Origin: Felis catus
Lineage: Eukaryota
Direction: 5' to 3'
DNA: 64,000 nucleotides
Assembly: GCF_018350175.1 (NCBI RefSeq)
Contig: NC_058382.1
Span: forward strand, 58,654,001 to 58,718,000
Shown: piece by piece, positions 61,100-64,000 of the stretch
Position numbering within the stretch: the stretch's first letter is position 1
Layout of the letters: each line of letters starts with the position of its first letter
Made by a program: the position numbers and the translations under genes
Notes under the pieces: model-generated
What the model was told of the DNA's origin: nothing
What the model saw: only the letters and a program-made list of their open reading frames with translations
The model's database searches: none

Positions 61100-61225
61100 A
61101 GGAGGTAGGGACCACCTAGGACGCATTTTTCAGATGCAAATACTGAGGCACGGAGCAGTTAGGAGTTTACCCACACGTGGAGCGGACATTGGAACCCAGG
61201 CGGTCTGGCTGAGGGCCGTCAGCCT
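61100..61225 (-). mobile_element. MIR
   Basis: 'catttttcagatgcaaatactgaggcacggagcagttagg...gaacccaggcggtctggct'. Confidence 0.7.
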
Positions 61226-61304
61226 CTATAGTCTCTCCATACACTTGACAGATGGGAGCTAAGATTATTACTGGGGGTGGGGGGGGTGGGGGAGGTTGAT
61301 CATT

Positions 61305-61490
61305 ATTTGGTTTTTAAAACACTTTTAATTTGGGGATCATTACAGACACACACACAGTTGTAAGGAATAATTTGGGAAGATCCCTGTATACCTTCCGGCC
61401 AGTTTCCCTCAGTGGTGACGCGCTGCATAGCTTCGGCATGAGGTCACAACCGGGATGTGACGTCAGCACAGCCGACCATGTTATTCAGGC
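61305..61490 (-). mobile_element. L1MC-like 3' end
   Basis: 'agttgtaaggaataat...gatccctgtataccttccggccagtttccctcagtggtgac'. Confidence 0.7.
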
Positions 61491-61589
61491 CAAAGGGGAG
61501 CAGGGCTCCCAGGAAAGTGAGGTGTCTGCTCAGACCCCATGGCCCTCCACTCGGTACCCCTCACCCTGCCCTCCTTTTCCTTAACGTGA

Positions 61590-61750
61590 CCTGACGTCTG
61601 CGGGTCTGTTTATGCTCCCCCAGAGACGCAAGTTGCGGGAGGTCAGAGATTTGCCCGTGGCGTTCGCTGCTGTATCCCCTGCGTGGAGAACAGGGCCTGT
61701 CACGTCCGGCCTTAGTACATAGTTTTGAACGGATGGGTGAGTGAATGATG
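61590..61750 (+). mobile_element. L2 3' end
   Basis: 'gttcgctgctgtatcccctgcgtggagaacagggcctg...ttttgaacggatgggtgagtgaatga'. Confidence 0.7.
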
Positions 61751-62489
61751 CTTCCTCACGGGGCCACATGAGCTCCCTTTTAAAAACACCTATAAACTGG
61801 GCTCAGTGCTCCCGACCTGTGGTGAGATCAGGGCAACCCGAGACCTGTCGAGAGTCCGGCCCTTGGTGTCCAGGGGGGTCTCAGCACGGTGGCTGGGGCT
61901 GTGCTCCCTCTCCTACCCGGGGAAGCTTCCCCCTGCCCCTCCAGCCTGTGTCGCTGACCTGACCGTTCTGGGAGTCTCAGTGCCGCCCTCCCTCCGGGGT
62001 CTCTGGGATTTGTCAGGCCCTATAAAGGGCCTGTGATCTTTCAACAGTTAGGGCATCGCCAATAAGAGGTTTGCTTTGCGGCACTTGAAGGAGGAGGGCT
62101 TTCTGGAGGGTGGCACGGGTCTCAAGTACCCTGAAGTCGGCTAATTCGGCTCGCTTGGAATAACAGACATTTAACACCTTCCATTGTTCTGGGCCTGGGC
62201 CCCAGAGCCCTGCTGGGACTGGGGGGCCGCGGGTTGGGTTCCTCCGGTTCACAGGGGAGGCCGCCCTCCTCAGCACCAGGTCTGAGACCCAGTCTCCCCC
62301 TAGCAAGCCTACCAAACCTGAGGGATCTCCACACCCCACACCTGCCTCCTTGGAGGAGGAAGCGGGGCATGGGATCTCGTAGTGTCAACAGCCCCTTAAG
62401 CGATAATCCTAGACGTACTTGCCCCTCATGGCTTTTCTTATATTTGCCATTTCAGTTCCTGACGAGTGGGGGATCTGAAAACCACCACA

Positions 62490-62814
62490 TTTCTTCCTAT
62501 TGTAAAGTAAGTGTCTTATGTTTATCATAAAACAAAACATTCAGTATAGAAAGTTGATTAAGAAAGGGAAACACTTAAGGAATAATTTCTTGATTATCCA
62601 TAACCCTGCCATTTGGGGATTAGCCACTTTACGCATTTTGCTATATTTTCTCTCTCTTTCTCTCCATTTATGTACATGTGTATAACACAGTTAGAATGAT
62701 ATAATTTTAGATACTGTTTTCCCCATAACCACTGTATCATGAAATGTTTCTGTTCCTTTAAAGTATCATTTGGGAACATGTATATTTAAAAATAATTGTC
62801 TTTTAATGTTTATT

Positions 62815-62867
<53 letters not shown>

Positions 62868-63480
62868 GCACGAACGGGGGAAGGTCAGAGAGAGAGGGAG
62901 ACACAGAATCTGAAACAGGCTCCAGGCTCTGAGGAGTCAGCACAGAGCCCGACACGGGGCTCGAACCCCAGAACCGCGAGATCGGGACCTGAGCCCGAGT
63001 CGGACGCTCAACCGACTGAGCCGCCCAGGCGCCCCAGAACACGTATGTTTTAAAACTGAAAAACCGAACCCTGTTGTGGACAACAAAGAAGATGCTTCGG
63101 CAGAGTGAGCAGAAATGCCAAGACAGGACGCAGCCCGTCCTACTCCTGACCGACGTGGGGGCTGCTCCTGGACGGGCACCTTCGTACACGAGGATGCGGA
63201 TGCAAATCCTTGGACGCGAGTCGTGTGTGTTTGTTTCCTGCGGTAACTTCCTGGTGCAGGAGCCACAGCTCAGAGGGTGTGGACGCTTCTAAGCTACTGC
63301 GTGCATACTGACAAGTCACCGCGTGGAGAGGCTGTAAATTCACGGACCCGTCCCCCAGCTGTGCCCGCGAGCACCTGTATCTTTCCACCTTGGTGTTCAG
63401 GCCTTTGCCTTGTTTTTTTGTTTTTTGTTTTTGCTAATTTAAGGAGCCAGGACTTGGAGTCACCACTGTGGTTCTGAGAC
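62490..63480 (-). mobile_element. L1ME-like fragment split by a SINE
   Basis: 'atactgttttccccataacc', 'gatgcggatgcaaatccttg' and 'tttgctaatttaaggag'. Confidence 0.55.
62793..63035 (-). mobile_element. Feline Can-SINE with expanded (GA)n
   Basis: Ends 'ctgagccgcccaggcgcccc'; degenerate TSD gaacatgtatatttaaaa / gaacacgtatgttttaaaa. Confidence 0.95.
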
Positions 63481-64000
63481 ACCTGACTTCACTTCTAAAC
63501 ACCTTCATCTGGTCCATTAGCTACCACACTGGGAGACAGCAACTGCGGGGTGTTATGGGAACGGAGAGGCCGGCTCTCCGTCTGTGAGAGCATCAATTCC
63601 TTTTGCAGAGCTCAGGCATGGGGACAGGGGTCACCCCTCTGAACAGCTATCAATCGTGGCTGCCTGTGGGCAATTTGCTGGAGAGGCCAGCCCGGGGAAA
63701 CTGGAGCCGGAGGAAGGGGGCACAGAGACTTCTCGTGAGATTGTAGGTGGGAAGGATGGCTTGCAAAGTCACCCCCTGTGGCTGAAAGAAGCTTGCTGTA
63801 AGGAGCCTGCCCCTTTTAAAAAGCAAACACAAGAAATGGACCCTTTGAAGGGTCCGAACCCATGACATTCGGCGCATTCACGGCATCGTGCAGTCGCCAC
63901 CTCTGTGTGGTCCCCCGACATCTCCGTCGTCCCCAAAGACACCAGGCCCGTTCGCACTCCCCGTTCTCCGTAGGCCGGCCTGGAACCGCACATCCGCCCT

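Noticed and set aside
63838..63855. Hairpin ggaccctt-tg-aagggtcc
   Set aside because: Short isolated inverted repeat, compatible with chance.
1..64000. Assignment to a named host gene, or a prokaryote-style novel system
   Set aside because: No recognisable coding exon, operon, CRISPR array or intact mobile-element ORF; the locus cannot be named without alignment.

Overview
64 kb of GC- and CpG-rich, apparently non-coding mammalian DNA. Six Can-SINEs, several of the feline SINEC_Fc type, plus carnivore L1 3' ends point to a felid genome, probably cat. I recognise no protein-coding gene, RNA gene or CRISPR array. The ORF track is explained by simple-repeat translations, SINE/L1 remnants and chance GC-rich frames. 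The window holds ancient repeats (L2, MIR, L1M, MLT1, LTR16, MER5, MER3), two large structured tandem arrays and several repeat-free blocks with transcription-factor-like motifs, consistent with a regulatory gene desert or large intron. The locus is not identifiable by eye. I found no convincing new biological system. The best sequence-level oddities are (i) two MER5A-like fragments forming an 84-bp ungapped inverted repeat (75/84 identical) around a 720-bp CpG-rich spacer, and (ii) an exact 39-bp copy of a local old L1 segment inserted 919 bp downstream. Repeat family calls come from remembered consensus sequences, not a database search. Boundaries of old repeats are approximate (tens of bp).
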